The position numbers and the translations under genes were made by a program. Shown here in pieces: positions 17,415-32,665 of a stretch of 64,000 bases of DNA (within the stretch, counting starts at the first letter, position 1; every line of letters begins with the position of its first letter). Under the pieces are notes generated by a model. That model was not told the origin of the DNA. It searched no databases and saw only the letters and a list, made by a program, of their open reading frames with translations. This DNA comes from the human T2T-CHM13v2.0 reference genome, Homo sapiens: assembly GCF_009914755.1 (NCBI RefSeq), contig NC_060937.1; one strand, given 5' to 3'.

Positions 17415-18020
17415 AGCCAGGCACAGTGACACGTGCATGTGACTCCAGCTACTTTGAAAGCTAAGGCAAGAGGGCTACTGTATTAATCCATTATCATGCT
17501 GATAATAAGGACATAAACAAGACTACGTAATTTATCATGAAAAAAGTTTTAATGGCCTCTCAGTTTCACATGGTTAGGGAGGTCTCACCATTATTGGAAC
17601 AAGCAAGAGACTGTTCAGGGGAACCTCCACTTATAAAACCATCAGATCACATGAGACTTATTTGTTATCATGAGAACAGCATGGGAAATTCCCACCCCCA
17701 TGATTCAATTACCTCCCACAGGGTCCCTCCCAGGACATGTGGGGATTATTACAATTTAAGATGAGATTTGATTGGGGACAGAGAGCCAAACCCTGTCAAT
17801 TACTTAAATCCAGGAGTTTGACACTACCCCGGGCAATATTGTGACAAGCTATTGGTAAAAAATATTTTCCCAGATTACTCAGGCATTGTGGAATGTTCCT
17901 GTAGTCTCAGGAAGTTGGAGGCTGACGTAAGATTATTCCTTGAGTTCCCCAGGAACTTGAGGCTGCATTGAGCTATAATCATGGTATTGTATTCCTGTCT
18001 GGGTGAGAGAGTAAGACCTC
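17415..18020 (+). mobile_element. AluJ split by a THE1 insertion
   Basis: Alu left arm to 17478 resumes at ~17804 (ttaaatccaggagtttg). Confidence 0.8.
17479..17798 (-). mobile_element. THE1 (MaLR) solo LTR
   Basis: tgtattaatccattatcatgctgataataagg...ccatgattcaattacctcccacagggtccctcc...ccaaaccctgtca; TSD gctac/attac. Confidence 0.9.
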
Positions 18021-18029
18021 TTTTTAGAA

Positions 18030-19935
<1,906 letters not shown>

Positions 19936-19942
19936 GAAACAA

Positions 19943-20245
19943 TTCCAGGTATGGTAGCTTGTGCCAGCACTTTCAGACTGAAGCAGTCGGATTGCCTGAG
20001 ACCAGGAGTTTGAGACCAGCCGAGGCAACACAGCAACATACTGTTTGTACAAATTTTTTTAAAGAAACTATACAGGAGGGGTAATGTGCACAACTGTGGT
20101 CATATTTACTCAGGAGACATAGGTGGCATGACTGCTTGACTTCCGAAATTTGAGGTTACAGTGAGCTGTGATTCCACCAGTGTACTCTGTCCCAGGAGAT
20201 AAAGTAAGATCCTCTGCATAAAATGAAAAAGTAAAGAAAAATAAA
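19943..20245 (+). mobile_element. Degenerate AluJ
   Basis: ccaggagtttgagaccagcc...gaggttacagtgagctgtgatt. Confidence 0.75.
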
Positions 20246-21087
20246 AAGATTTTAAGTTAAAAAAAAATTCCTAGATCTCCACTTCTTTAGGTTCACTTGA
20301 ATATATATTTTTCTCCTTTGATTGGGTTATATTTCCTGGTAGCTTTTACTTACTGTAGTTTTGTTAAGGTTTTGATCAATTAAGAAACCACTACCTATTT
20401 TATCCTTTATGAAAGAGCTTTATACATGGGAAAATTGACAACATTCAGCCACAGTAGTCATACTGGGAGCTTCTCCAATCTGTTGTCAAAATGTGTCTTC
20501 TTTGGACTACTGTATGTATTTTCTTGTTAATAAGGTTTACCTCTGTTTCCTCTTAGGAGCCTTTAGTCTCTTCCCTTCGTCACTGTTGTAGGCACTACAG
20601 TCTCTGTTGTTGTAAGAAGCATTTATCTTTATTCTCAGTTGACCCAAGCTGTCATTTAAACTCAGTCTCTATTCTCATCAACACTAAATGTTAAAGGAAG
20701 CAATTTCCAGTCTTTAGATAACCCCGGTATAACTCAGTAAGTCAGAAGTTTGCATACGCATTTCACTCTTTTTTCTTTCCCAAAGGAGAATCATGGAATG
20801 GACAGATTTTTATCTAACTGCGCTGTTCTGTAGTGCACAAATGTGACCAAATTTTCTTCTAAATGTGGTTATGGTTGGCTTTTTTCTCATGTAGGGTGCT
20901 ACAAACTCAACTGGCTTTGTTCACCCAATTGTAGTTAAGTTCACATGTCAATGGAGAGAAACAGGATCTCAGGTTCTGCTTCAACTGTCGTTGTCTTCTC
21001 AGCTGACCTCATTTTGTACATTAGATTTATAAAATATATTTACTTTAATCTCATCACCGAATTTTTAAAAAAATTATTATTTTTCAG

Positions 21088-21458
21088 CTCTTGTAGCAAT
21101 ATATCCAATCAAGACCCAGAGAAAACAGTACATAGAAGCTTCTTTTCAAAAAGTAATATTGGGAAGATATGGGAGCTCTGGCCTTGAACTTTTACACTTA
21201 GGAGAGTGGGAAATTGAAGGATAAGTGTAAACAGCACAAAGTATGCTATGATGAATATACCAGATACACAGCAATTACCTACAGCAAAAATGTCACTGCT
21301 AGAAGAGCTCAAAACCATAAAGTATTTTGGAAAAAGCATAATTAATGTTGATTCTTTTTTCTGAACTATATATTTATATAATTACATACCAATAACAATT
21401 TTTGAAACATATCATGTTTTTGAAACAAAATTTAGAAAATCGCAATAGTGGCCTAGGC
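21088..21458 (+). pseudogene. KRAB-zinc-finger last-exon (spacer) remnant, ZNF519-like
   Basis: Acceptor ttattatttttcag at 21087; translation IEASFQKVILGRYGSSGLELLHLGEWE..KCKQHKVCYDEYTRYTAITYSKNVTARRAQNHKVFWKK resembles the KRAB-ZNF spacer (ZNF519 as recalled: IQDSFKKATLGRYGSCGLENICLWKNWE...SHNKHLTVKGDKEYRIFQKK); frameshifted; no C2H2 fingers follow. Confidence 0.8.
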
Positions 21459-21459
21459 C

Positions 21460-24400
21460 AGGAATATTTCTTCTAATGCTATCCCTCCCATAGTCCCCCA
21501 CTTCCCGACAGGCTCCAGTGTGTGATGTTCCCCTTCCTGTGTCCGTGTGTTCTCTTTGTTTAACTCCCTATTATGAGTGAGAACATGCGATGTTAGCTTT
21601 TCTAATCTTGTGTTAGTTTGCTGAGAATGGTGGTTTCCAGCTTCATCCATGTCCCTGCAAAGGACATGAACTCATCCTTTTTATGACTGCATCGTATTCC
21701 ATGATGTGGACATGCCAAGTTTTCTTTATTCAGTCTATCATTGATGGTCATTTGGTTTGTTTCAAAGTTTTTGCTCTTGTGAACAGTGCCGTAATAAACA
21801 TACGTATGCATGTATCTTTATAATAGAATAATTTATAATCCTTTGGGTATATACCCAGTAATGTGATTGCTGGGTCAAATGGTATTTCTCATTGTGGATC
21901 CTTGAGGAATCACCACACTGTCTTCCACACTGGTTGAACTAATTTACTCTCTCACCAACAGTGTATAAGTCTTCCTATTTTTCCACATCCTTTGTTGTTT
22001 CCTGATTTTTTTAATGATCACCATTCTAACAGGTGTGGGATGGTTTCTCATTGTGTTTTTGATTTGCGTGTGTCTAATAACCAGTGATGATGTCCTTTTC
22101 TTCATTTGTTTATTGGCTGCATAAATGTCTCCTTTTGAGAAGTGTCTGTTCAAATCCTTTGCCCATTTTCGATGTTGTTGTTTCTTTTTTTCTTGTAAAT
22201 TTGTTTAAGTTCTTTGTAGATTCTACATATCAGCCCATTGTCAGATGGATAGATTGCAGAAATTTTCTCCCATTCTTTAGGTTGCCTGTTCACTCTGATA
22301 TAGTTTTTTTTGTTGTGCAGAAGCTCTTTAGTTTAATTATATCTCGTTTGTCAATTTTGGCTTTTGTTGCCATTGTTTTTGGTGTTGTAGTCATGAAGTC
22401 TTTGCCCATGCCTATGTCCTGAATGGTACTGCCTTGGTTTTCTTCTGGGGTTTTTATGGTTTTAAGTCTTATGTTTAAGTCTTTAATCCATCTTCAGTTA
22501 TGTTTTGTATAACGAGTAAGGAAGAAGTCCAGTTTCAGTTTTTTGCATATGGCTAGCTAGTTTTCCAACAGCATTTATTAAATAGGGAATCCTTTCCCCA
22601 TTACTTGTTTTTGTCAGGTTCATCAAAGATCAGATGATTCTAGATGTTGAGTGTTATTTCTGAGGCCTCTGTTCTGTTCCATTTGTCAATATATCTGTTT
22701 TGGTACGAGTACCATCCTGTCTTGGTTACTGTGGCCTTTTAGTATAGTTTGAAGACAGCTAGCATGATGCCTCCACCTTTGTTATTTTTGCTTAGTATTG
22801 TCTTGTCTATGCAAGACCTTTTTTGATTCCATATGAAATTTGAAGTAGTTTTTTTTCTAATTCTGTGAAGAAAGTCAATGGGAGCTTGATGGGGATAGCA
22901 ATGAATTTATAAATTACTTTGGGCAATATGGCCATTTTCATAATATTGATTCTTCCTATCCATGAGCATGGATTGTTTTCGTTTGTTTGTGTCCTCTTTC
23001 ATTTCCTTGAGCAGTGGTTTGTAGTTCTCCTTGAAGTGGTCCTTTATATCATTTTTAAGTTGGATTCCTAGGTATTTTATTCCCTTTGTAGCAATTGTGA
23101 ATGAGAGTTAACACATGATTTGGCTCTCTGTTTGCCTATTATTGCGTATAGGAATGCTTGTGATTTTTGAACATTGATTTTGTATCCTGAGACTTTGCTG
23201 AAGTTGCTTATCAGTTTAAGGAAATTTTGGGCTGAGATGGTAGGATTTTCTAGATATACAATCATGTCATCTGCAAACAAAGACAATTTGACTTCTTCTC
23301 TTCCTATCTGAATACGCTTTATTTCTTTCTTTCTTTGGCTGATTGCCAGAACTTCCAATACTATAATGAATAGGAGTGGGGAGAAAGGGTGTTCTTGTCT
23401 TGTGCAGGTTTTCAAAGGGAATGCTTCCAGTTTTTGCCCATTCAGTATGATATTAGCTGTGCATTTGTCATAAATAACTCTTATTATGTTGAGATAGGTT
23501 CCATCAATACATAATTCATTGAGAGTTTTTACCATGAAGAGGTGTGGAATTTTATTGAAGGTCTTTTTTGCATCTATTGAGATAATCATGTGGTTTTTGT
23601 CATTAGTTCTGTTTATGTGATGGATTTTATTTATTGATTTGCATATGTTGAACCAGCTTTGTATCCCAGGGATTAAGCTGACTAGATCGTGGTGGATAAG
23701 CTTTTTGATGTGCTGCTGGATTCGGTTTGCCAGTATTTTATTGAGGATTTTCGCATCGATATTCATCAGGGATATGGGCCTGAAATTTTCTTTTTCTGGT
23801 GTGTCTTTGCCAGGTTTTGGTTTCAGGATGATGCTGGCCACATAAAATGAATTAGGGAGGAGTACCTCTTTTTCTATTGTTTGAAATAATTTCAGAAGGA
23901 ATGGTACCAGCTCCTCTTTGTACCTTTGGTAGAATTCGGCTGTGAATCCGTCTGGTCCTGGACTTCATTTTGTTGGTAGGCTACTAATTACTGCCTCAAT
24001 TTTAGAACTTGTTATTGGCCTATTCAAGGATTCGACTTCCTACTGGTTTGCACTTGGGAGGGTATATGTGTCCAGGAATTTATCCATTTTATCTAGATTT
24101 TCTAGTTAATTTGCAAAGAGGTATTTATAATATTCTGTAATGATACTTTTTATTTCTGTGGGATCAATGGTTATATCCCCTTTATCATTTCCTATTGCAT
24201 GTATTTGATTCTTCTCTTCTTCCTTATTAGTCTGGCTAGAAGTTTATTTATTTTCTTGATCTTTTAAAAAAACCAGCTCCTGGATTCATTGATTTTTTGG
24301 ACGGGCTTTTTGTGTCTCTATCTCCTTCAGTTCTGCTCTGATCTTAAATCTTGTCTTCTGCTAGTTTTTGAATTTGTTTGCTCTTGCTTCCTTAGTTTTT

Positions 24401-24500
24401 TTAATTGTGATGTTACGGTGTCGATTTTAGACATTTTTCTGCTTTCTCTTGTGGGGATTTAGTGCTGTAAATTTCCCTTTCAGACTACTTTAGCTGTGTC
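21460..24500 (-). mobile_element. L1PA7/8-like element, 5'-truncated and lacking its 3' terminus/poly(A)
   Basis: ORF2 RT fragment 23077-23841 ([31 protein letters not shown]...[13 protein letters not shown]); 3' UTR begins at ttctaatgctatccctccc. Confidence 0.95.
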
Positions 24501-25339
24501 GTATTTTACTTTTTAAGCCCTCAATCTTTCTTTTTCATCATGATAGTCTTTACTGTTTTATGTTTATGTAATGTAAAATTGACTACACAATTTTTACAAA
24601 GATTTTATGAAAATATTTTATTGAGAATGTACAAACCTGTCAGTCAATTAGAGGAGAAGTTACACTGTCATAATAAATAGCCACAAAGCAAAACCCCAAA
24701 AGACATCTAAATCAGAATAAAACAAAACATTTTAACAAAAACAAAAAGAACAAACTGGCAACAAATATGTGAAGTTTATATTACAAAGATGCTCACTTAT
24801 CCACTCTAAAGAGAGCTTTTAGAATTTGATTTAAAATACGGCAAAGACATTATCCCACACTTCACAGAAAAAATAAATTTAAGCAGCTGTTAATACATGA
24901 ATGTATTATCAAGCTCAGATATAATCAAAATTAAATATTTGATAAGAGATTCTACAGTTTGGGAGAAATAGAAGTGTTTTTTTCTTTTCCCCAGGCCCAC
25001 AAGTCTAGTTTCTTGCTCTTCTTCACTATAATGGGGTTTGTCATCAGCTCCCCGAAATATGGGAAGCACAGAGCAGGTGGTGGCTGAAGGTGGGGTATCC
25101 TGTGAAACCATATTTAAGATCAGAGCCCTTGGTCCATTGTGTTGTAATCAGCTGGCTCAGGAAAGAACACCTGGCTGTCCAGAGCTCTACACCTACTGCA
25201 CTGGGTGTGAAAGGAGGCCTGAGAACCCATGGGTCCCAAACCCACCCCACTCCAAATTATCATCCAGTATTGAGAACTCTGACACCAAATTCTCACAGAG
25301 CATATGTTTATGCAGTTTTACATTTAATTTCTCATTACA

Positions 25340-25400
25340 TTACAATTGGGAAACTGAGGCCCCAGAAGAGGCAGAGACTGGTCCAGATCTCAGGAGGTGG
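25340..25400 (+). mobile_element. MIR fragment
   Basis: ttacaattgggaaactgaggccccagaagagg core. Confidence 0.65.
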
Positions 25401-26789
25401 GCAGGCTCCAGAGCATTAGAGAGGGCTCCAGCTTCCTAGGCCTTGGCACCGTCCCACTTATCAGGTTTGTTTTCGAAATTAGAGTCTGTAGCTACACATT
25501 CAGGAGCACAGAAAATGAGCAGATTCAGGGTTCTGTTCACATGGGGTCCTCTCCATGTCAGTTTCAAGATAACAGGACTGGGGTTCTGCATCCAGCTCTG
25601 AGGGCAACTGGAAGTAAAATGAGCTATGCTCCACCTCAGCCTAATGTAGACAGTGCCTACAGGAAAGCCTGTTTTCTTCCTCATAAATAGGGGTGCCTGA
25701 AGTGGGTGACCTTGATGATTTCACATACTCATAAGTGTCTGCCAGCCTGGATTCTTGCTCTGAGACTGCAAAAATGCACCCACTCTGCAGATCCTTCAAA
25801 TCAGAGGGAGGCATGGCCACTTGAGAGGCATCTTGGGTAGATGAAGATGAGACAGAGTTAAATGTGCCAGAGCACTGGACTCTGAGGCTGAGGTCCACGG
25901 AAAATCTCAGCTACTGTTGCGTTCTTAAGGTCCTCATTTGAAAGTGGTAGAAAATAATTTCACTGGATAAGGGGAGGATACCTCATGAGTAAATAGCACA
26001 ACCAAAAATGTGGAGGCAAAGAGAGGGCAAAACGGGATTCCTAGGTCACTCATTATACTTGGGGCCTTCAGATCCTGCTACTTTATCCCCTAGGACCTTG
26101 AAGAACCAGTGTCTTGAGGACAGAAAAATCAAGGTATCAGATTTGTTCAGTAGTGCTCCTGCTTGGGGCTGTAGGGTTAGTGATGGCCAGGAGGTGGTTA
26201 CAGCCTACTGTGTTTCTGGTGCCCACTGAGCTTTGCTGGAGCAGCTGGAACAAGTAACAGTCACACACCTCATGTTGTTATCAGTGATGTCCACATTATC
26301 ATGTGGTCAAAAGGGGAAGGGATATTAGGGATCCCCCATATAATCACTTAGCCAGTCTTTTTTCCCTTGCGCTCACCATTTGCCAGCGACCCTGGTGGGT
26401 CCAACATGTGGTACAGAAAATTATTACTTCATGTCTGCACCCCCCAACCCAGGACCAAACAGTCTGAGGACCGCTGGACAAAAGCACTAAAGCAAGTATA
26501 TGTGAAAGAAAAGAGCAAGGACTATAATATAAAGTAGATTATTGAGAAGAAAACCTGGAAAATTATTGCATGGGAGGACCTCAGGCCTCACTGAGGTGAC
26601 TTTTAATCCATGAGGATGACAGCAGGGAGGCATCTGCACAAGCATGTGTCAGGGAGAAGCCACCCTTAGTGAAAAGACTCATAGGTGTGAGTTTGGCAGA
26701 GGTAAAAAGGGACTAGTTTGGCTGCAGACAGCCTGAGAAAGAGATAAGCAGAGGGATGGAGAATCCTAGGGCCTGGGAGATGAGGTTAG

Positions 26790-27130
26790 ATATCTGCTCC
26801 TTTCTGACAACATTGCCCTAAAAGTCAGCACTTTTCAACAACATATAATATCTCATAATTTGTGTGGACCAGAATCTGGACACAGTTCAGCTGGCTACCT
26901 CTGCCTTCAGGTCTTTTATGAGACTGAGGGCTGTGGTCTTAACTGAAGCTGGACTGGGAAAGCATGAGCCTTTAAGCTGACTCATGTGAAAATTGACAGG
27001 GTTTAGTGTGGACAGAGAGCCTGACTTTCCTTCTCTCTACTCGTCTGAGCACCGCCTCACCCTTTGTTATGTGGGTCTCTACATGGAGCATCTCATAGCA
27101 TTGGAGCTTGCTTCCTGTGTTTGAGGAATA
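26790..27130 (-). mobile_element. Old MaLR LTR (MLT1F/G/H-like) fragment
   Basis: ctcataatttgtgtggaccagaatctggacacagttcagctggc...ggtctctacatggagc. Confidence 0.55.
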
Positions 27131-27237
27131 CAATAGACAGAATTAGACAAAAAGGTTTACACAAAAAGAGACAGAAAGATCGAGGGCGCAAACGAGAAAA
27201 ACCCAGTAGGAGAAAAATTAGAGCTTTAAAAACATCT

Positions 27238-27568
<331 letters not shown>

Positions 27569-27574
27569 TTGAGA

Positions 27575-27909
27575 GTTACTATAATTTTTCTTCTATATTT
27601 GTGTTAAAATTGTAACCCCGGGCGTAATGCTATAAGGAGGTAGAATGTAATTAACCCCTTAGGGTGGGACCCTCATAATACAGATTACTGGCTTTATACA
27701 AGAAACCGCAGAGGGCTCTCATCCTCCTGCAAAATGAGGGTAAAACCTGAAGTGTGCAGGCTGAAATTCAGAAGCCAGTCATCACCAGATCTCAACCATG
27801 CTGACACCCTGATCTCAAATTTGAACCTCTGGAGGTATGAGAAATTAAGTCCTGTTGTCTATATGCTGCCTATCTATGGTTCTTTGGCATAGCAGCCTGA
27901 ACTAATACA
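27575..27909 (+). mobile_element. MLT1A-type MaLR LTR
   Basis: caaccatgctgacaccctgatctc...tatgagaaattaagtcctgttg...atagcagcctgaactaataca. Confidence 0.75.
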
Positions 27910-27967
27910 AAAGTGATATCCTTTTCTGTGTTTCATTGGAGAGAAGCTGAATTTGTACCCCCTATAC

Positions 27968-28430
27968 TGTTAAAAAAAAGACTTAAAAAATGGATCTTCA
28001 GAATGAAAGATAGGAAACGGCTTGTTGAAACACTAAAATTTTAACTGCTATAAGTTTTTTAAACATTGGCTGAAATTGTTGGAACCAATATGGCCAACTG
28101 AAGTCCATGAAGCATCAGTTTGCAGACTTTGGAGCCCAAATTTCCATTGTGTGCTTCATACTAACTCTCCCTGAATTTGTATGTGACCTGTGAGGAAACA
28201 AGAAGAGATGACTGTATATGTCTCATGACTTTCCATATTCCTACTTTCCTTCCAGCAATCCCCTACAGAACCCACCTATTAGGCCTTTTCTAATCACTGC
28301 CTTAAAGCCAGTATGACAAAACAAATTTGATTTGAACTCCTATCTCCTTGTTAGCCAACATACAAGATGATATTTTCCTCAAAACCGAAGGGCCATAGTA
28401 CTGGCATCAGGAAGTATTCCATTTTATTCA
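27968..28430 (+). mobile_element. Old ERV1 LTR (MER34/MER39-like)
   Basis: ttggaaccaatatggccaactg...aaatttgatttgaactcctatctccttgttag...ctcaaaaccg...catagtactggc. Confidence 0.5.
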
Positions 28431-28557
28431 ATAAAAAACTGAGTCACTCAATACCTAGTACTGGGAGACTTTGTGAAGACTTCCTCTGTCATAGACGTGA
28501 TAAGGCACATGGATATGATTCTAAATATAAAGAGAAAGCACTAGAAAGTTGAATTCC

Positions 28558-28891
28558 TGTATTAGATCATTCTCATACTGCAATGATGGAGTACCTGAGA
28601 CTGGGTAACTTATAAAGTAAAGAAGTTTAATTGACTCACATTTCCACATAATTGTGGGGGCACCTCAGAAACCTTCCAATTACAGTGGCTGACAAGTGAA
28701 GTGAGTGAGAGCATGGGATGTACCAGATGCTTATGAAACTATCAGATCTCGTGAGAACTCACTATCACAAGAACAGCATGAGGAGAACCCGTCCCCATAA
28801 TCCAATCATCTCCCCTCAGGTTTTCCCTTAACACCTAGGGGTTATAATACACAATGAGTTTTGGGTGGGGACGCACAGCTAAACTATATGA
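28558..28891 (-). mobile_element. MST (MaLR) solo LTR
   Basis: tgtattagatcattctcatactgc...gtgagaactcactatcacaagaacagcatg...ctaaactatatga; TSD attcc/atgcc. Confidence 0.88.
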
Positions 28892-29109
28892 ATGCCAGAG
28901 GACAGTATCTACATTTAATTTCAACTTCATACTGGAGCAGAATGAAAATGAGGCCCAGTGGAGAAGTGATATTTCCAAGATCACCCTGGCAGACACCAGG
29001 CCTGTTTGAGTTGTGGCCCATGCTACCTCCCACCTATTCTCCTAATGCTTCCATCTCTAAGTGTGTGCATTATCTACAGGTGACACTACATCATTATTTT
29101 TATGTCTTA

Positions 29110-29111
<2 letters not shown>

Positions 29112-29142
<31 letters not shown>

Positions 29143-29429
29143 AGACGGAGTCTCGCTCTGTCGCCCAGGCCGGACTCCGGACTGCAGTGGCGCAATCTCG
29201 GCTCACGGCAAGCTCCGCTTCCCGGGTTCACGCCATTCTCCTGCCTCAGCCTCCCGAGTAGCTGGGACTACAGGCGCCCGCCACCGCGCCCGGCTAATTT
29301 TTTGTATTTTTAGTAGAGACGGGGTTTCACCTTGTTAGCCAGGATGGTCTCGATCTCCTGACCTCATGATCCACCCGCCTCGGCCTCCCAAAGTGCTGGG
29401 ATTACAGGCGTGAGCCACCGCGCCTGGCC
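29112..29429 (-). mobile_element. AluYb8 (human-specific)
   Basis: Diagnostic 7-bp duplication (caggccggactccggactgcagtgg); CpGs largely intact; 30-nt pure poly(A); TSD tgtcttatctt. Confidence 0.93.
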
Positions 29430-30360
29430 ACTGTCTTATCTTATATACACCTAATACATTCCCTAGGAAGTAGATGTTAGCATCATCACCACTGTGCATG
29501 TTAGGAGGCTGGGGAAGCCTTGAATACAGTGACTTTTACTGGGTCCCAGAGATGGTAAGAAAAACAAAGTTATGGTCCAGCTGTCTCTTCTATCCTGGAA
29601 CCCAGGTTGCATTTAGGTCTTTCCAGGGAATTAAGGGGAAGTTGTGTTTGCATAATTGTGTACAAATAAAGAGTTGACATGGAAGAGGAGACTGAGCAAT
29701 CAGTAGCATAGTGGGGCCTTTCGGTATGTCTTACAGAAACATAGGGCCCAGTAGATGGAACCTTGAAGAGTTTAACACACTTTCTTGGTGTCAGAACCCA
29801 ACAGCAGTTAAGAAACCAGGAATCCACATTCTTGAGACAGCTCTGTATCCACCTCTGTTTGTGAGAGTTGCTCAAGAGAGTGAGATGCTCTTTCATTGTG
29901 CCCTGAAATTTCTGAGTTTCAGCCTTACAAAGGCTCAATGTAAAAGTCTTATCTGATAACACAGATGTCAACTGAGCCCTCATCACTGATGTCCCTGGCT
30001 ATTGGCCGGGTGCACCTACAAATAACACAGGGCAGCCCAGGACAGGCCCCTCCAAGCCAGCCTCTCTTATCAACTCATCTGAGCAGTTCCACACCACTTC
30101 TTAGTACCATGAGTTGGATGGGGAGCAAGAGGGAGGGCACTCTTCTTGGACTGAAGTAGATTGTCGGGTGTTGGAACTCTTGTGTACCTGTCATGTTCAT
30201 ACCTAGGCCATAGCTGGCAGAATAAAAAGAAGAGGGTTGGAGAATGAGTCTGTGTACTCAGATGTGAATTCCAAGACTTTAACTTGTCCTCTGGTTTCCT
30301 TCCTTCATGGAGATTTATACAGATTCTCCTTATGTGCCTAATCTGAAGAGCAGAATTTCT

Positions 30361-30545
30361 TTTATTTTCTTTTTTCTTTTTTCCTTTCTTCTTTTCTCTT
30401 TTCTTTTCTTTCTTTCTTCTTTCTTTCTTTTTTTCTTTCTCTTTCTTTCTTTCCATCTCTCTCTTTCTTTCTTTCTTTCCTTCTCTCTCTCTTTCTTTTT
30501 TATTTATCATGAAGTCTCACTCTGTTACCCAGGCTGGAGTGCAGA
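30361..30545 (-). mobile_element. Severely 5'-truncated Alu (~40 bp) with (TTTC)n-expanded tail
   Basis: agtctcactctgttacccaggctggagtgcag preceded by ~145-bp TC-rich tract; TSD gaagagcagaatttct / gaaaagcagaatttct. Confidence 0.85.
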
Positions 30546-31529
30546 GAAAAGCAGAATTTCTAATGGAGGTGTCACATACGGTCAAAGCAAGGCAGAACAC
30601 AGACTTTTCTTTGCGTGGTTTCTAGGCACATTTACAAAGCTGCATTCAGATTGATGAGGAGCTTCATCATTCAGTTTAATGTGGCCAACTCCTCCCTCTT
30701 TTTGGAAAAAGAGCAGGTGCACTAAACCAGCAAACACAGCCAGCACTGGGCTGTGCTGAGAGCAGCCACATAGGGGTCTCTACAGACAGAAACCCGAGAA
30801 GACCGGGAAAGAACCAGGACCCAGACTCAAATATGAAAAATCTCTGGGCTTTGTCCTACGGCCTTCCCATGAGTAACTCATAGCCTTGTTCCAGTGGAAT
30901 CTGGCCTTCACTAGTCTCAGTGGCAAGTTGGTTATGTGGAAAGTCTCTCTTCACACACTTGTGCGAATAACGATAAAGAATTTTGTATTGTTTTCACTCT
31001 ACATTAGACCATGAGTATTTATGCCTGTGGCTGCAGTTTGTATTAGTTTCCGGCCCCAGGTATCTCCTGCAGCATGCAGCTTCAGTCCTATCGGACCCTC
31101 AAAACTTAAAAGCTAACACTATTACTAGGGAGGATTTCGCAGGAAAATGGTGAGAGGGTTACACACAAAAAAGGTTAAACTACTCTATGCATGTTTCTGC
31201 AATGTGTTATCTCAGGAACTCATTTCTGTAGCCCATCAGGGCAGGAGCTGGGCTCTCACCTGTTGATAATATTCCATAAGGGAGGTTCTTCCCCACAGTG
31301 TTTAGTCTTCCAACGCTGGTACAGCCTGACATGATGACATTCTACTTTCATGTCGGTCATGCTGCAGGGAAAATTCTGTGAGTGTCCTAATAGGCTGGAA
31401 TCATTTGCTAGGGTGAACCCCATCTTTGGTGCTCACTTTTCTGTTATCTTGTAATTAGCTTTATTCTCAGCAAATCCAAGTCTATTTTATTTATCTGTTT
31501 ATTTACTTATTTTTATGTATGGAAAAACA

Positions 31530-31830
31530 CTTTTTTTTATTTACTTATTTATTTAGAGACAGGGTCTCCGTCTGTTACCCAAGCTGGAGTACAGTGGTAG
31601 AGTGCTGTGATCATGGCTCATTGCAGCTTCAAACTCTTGGGCTCAAATGATTCTCTCACCTCAGCCTCCTGTGCCACCATGCCCTGCTAGTTGATTTTAA
31701 TTTTTTATAAAGAAGGAGACTCATTAGGCAGCCCAGGCTGGTCTCAAACTCCTGGGCCCAAGCAATTCTCTCATCTCAGCCTCCCAAAGCACTGGGATTA
31801 AAAACATGAGCCACTGTACTGAGCTGTGCC
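31530..31830 (-). mobile_element. AluJ
   Basis: agagacagggtctcc...gggctcaaatgattctctcacctcagcctcc. Confidence 0.88.
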
Positions 31831-32019
31831 TACTTCAAAAGACTGAAAATAAAAAATCAATAAATCTTTGCCAAATTAAAAAACAAAACAATAGTTTCCA
31901 GGTCTTAGACAAAGACAATTCTGTGTCATGAAGGTGGCAAAAGGCTTATTTAGCTGTTAAAATGATTTGCTTATATTTCAAAGAAGCAGAGAAAAAAAGA
32001 TACATATAAAAGTTTTCCA

Positions 32020-32456
32020 GGCCAGGCACGGCTGTTCATGCCTGTAATCCCAACATTTGGGGAGGCCAAGGCAGGAGGATCTCTTGAAGCCAAATGTTTG
32101 AGTCCAGTACAGGCAACATGGTGAAATTCTGTCACCATAAAAAAATAAATAAAATAAATATGACTGGGCATGGTGGTTCACGCTTGTAATACCAGCACTT
32201 TGGGAGTCGGAGGCAGGTGGATAATGAGGTCAGGGGTTCGAGACCAGCCTGGCCAAAATGGTGAAACCCTTTCTCTCCTAAAAATAATAACAATAAAAAA
32301 TCAGCCAGGCATGGTGCTGTGCGCCTGTAATGCCAGCTACTCAAAAGGTTGAAGCAAGAGAATTGCTTGAACCTGGGAGGTGGAGGTTGCATTGAGCTAA
32401 GATCATGTCACTACACTCTAGCCTGACCCACAGAGCAAGACACTGTCTTGAAAAAA

Positions 32457-32499
<43 letters not shown>

Positions 32500-32665
32500 A
32501 GTTAGCCAGGCCTGGAGGTGCATGCCTATAGTCCTAGGTAATTAAGAGGTTGAGGCAGGAGGACTGCTCAAACCCAAGAAGTTAAGGTTATAGTGAGCTA
32601 TGATTATGCCATTGCACTTCAGACTAAGCAAAAGAGTAAGATTCCATCTCAAAAAATTACTAAAA
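32020..32665 (+). mobile_element. AluJ with an AluS (32162-32500, (TAAA)n tail) nested in its middle A-rich linker
   Basis: AluJ left arm 32020-32160, complete AluS, then AluJ right arm from 32502. Confidence 0.88.

Noticed and set aside
23077-23841. 254-aa reverse-transcriptase ORF as a novel RT system
   Set aside because: Ordinary L1 ORF2 fragment in a truncated, frameshifted element
24900-26700. Overlapping 70-133-aa ORFs in non-repeat DNA
   Set aside because: No domain similarity or consistent exon structure; part is MIR-derived
30070-30654. Lys/Glu-rich and Phe/Ser-rich ORFs
   Set aside because: Translations of the (TTTC)n Alu tail
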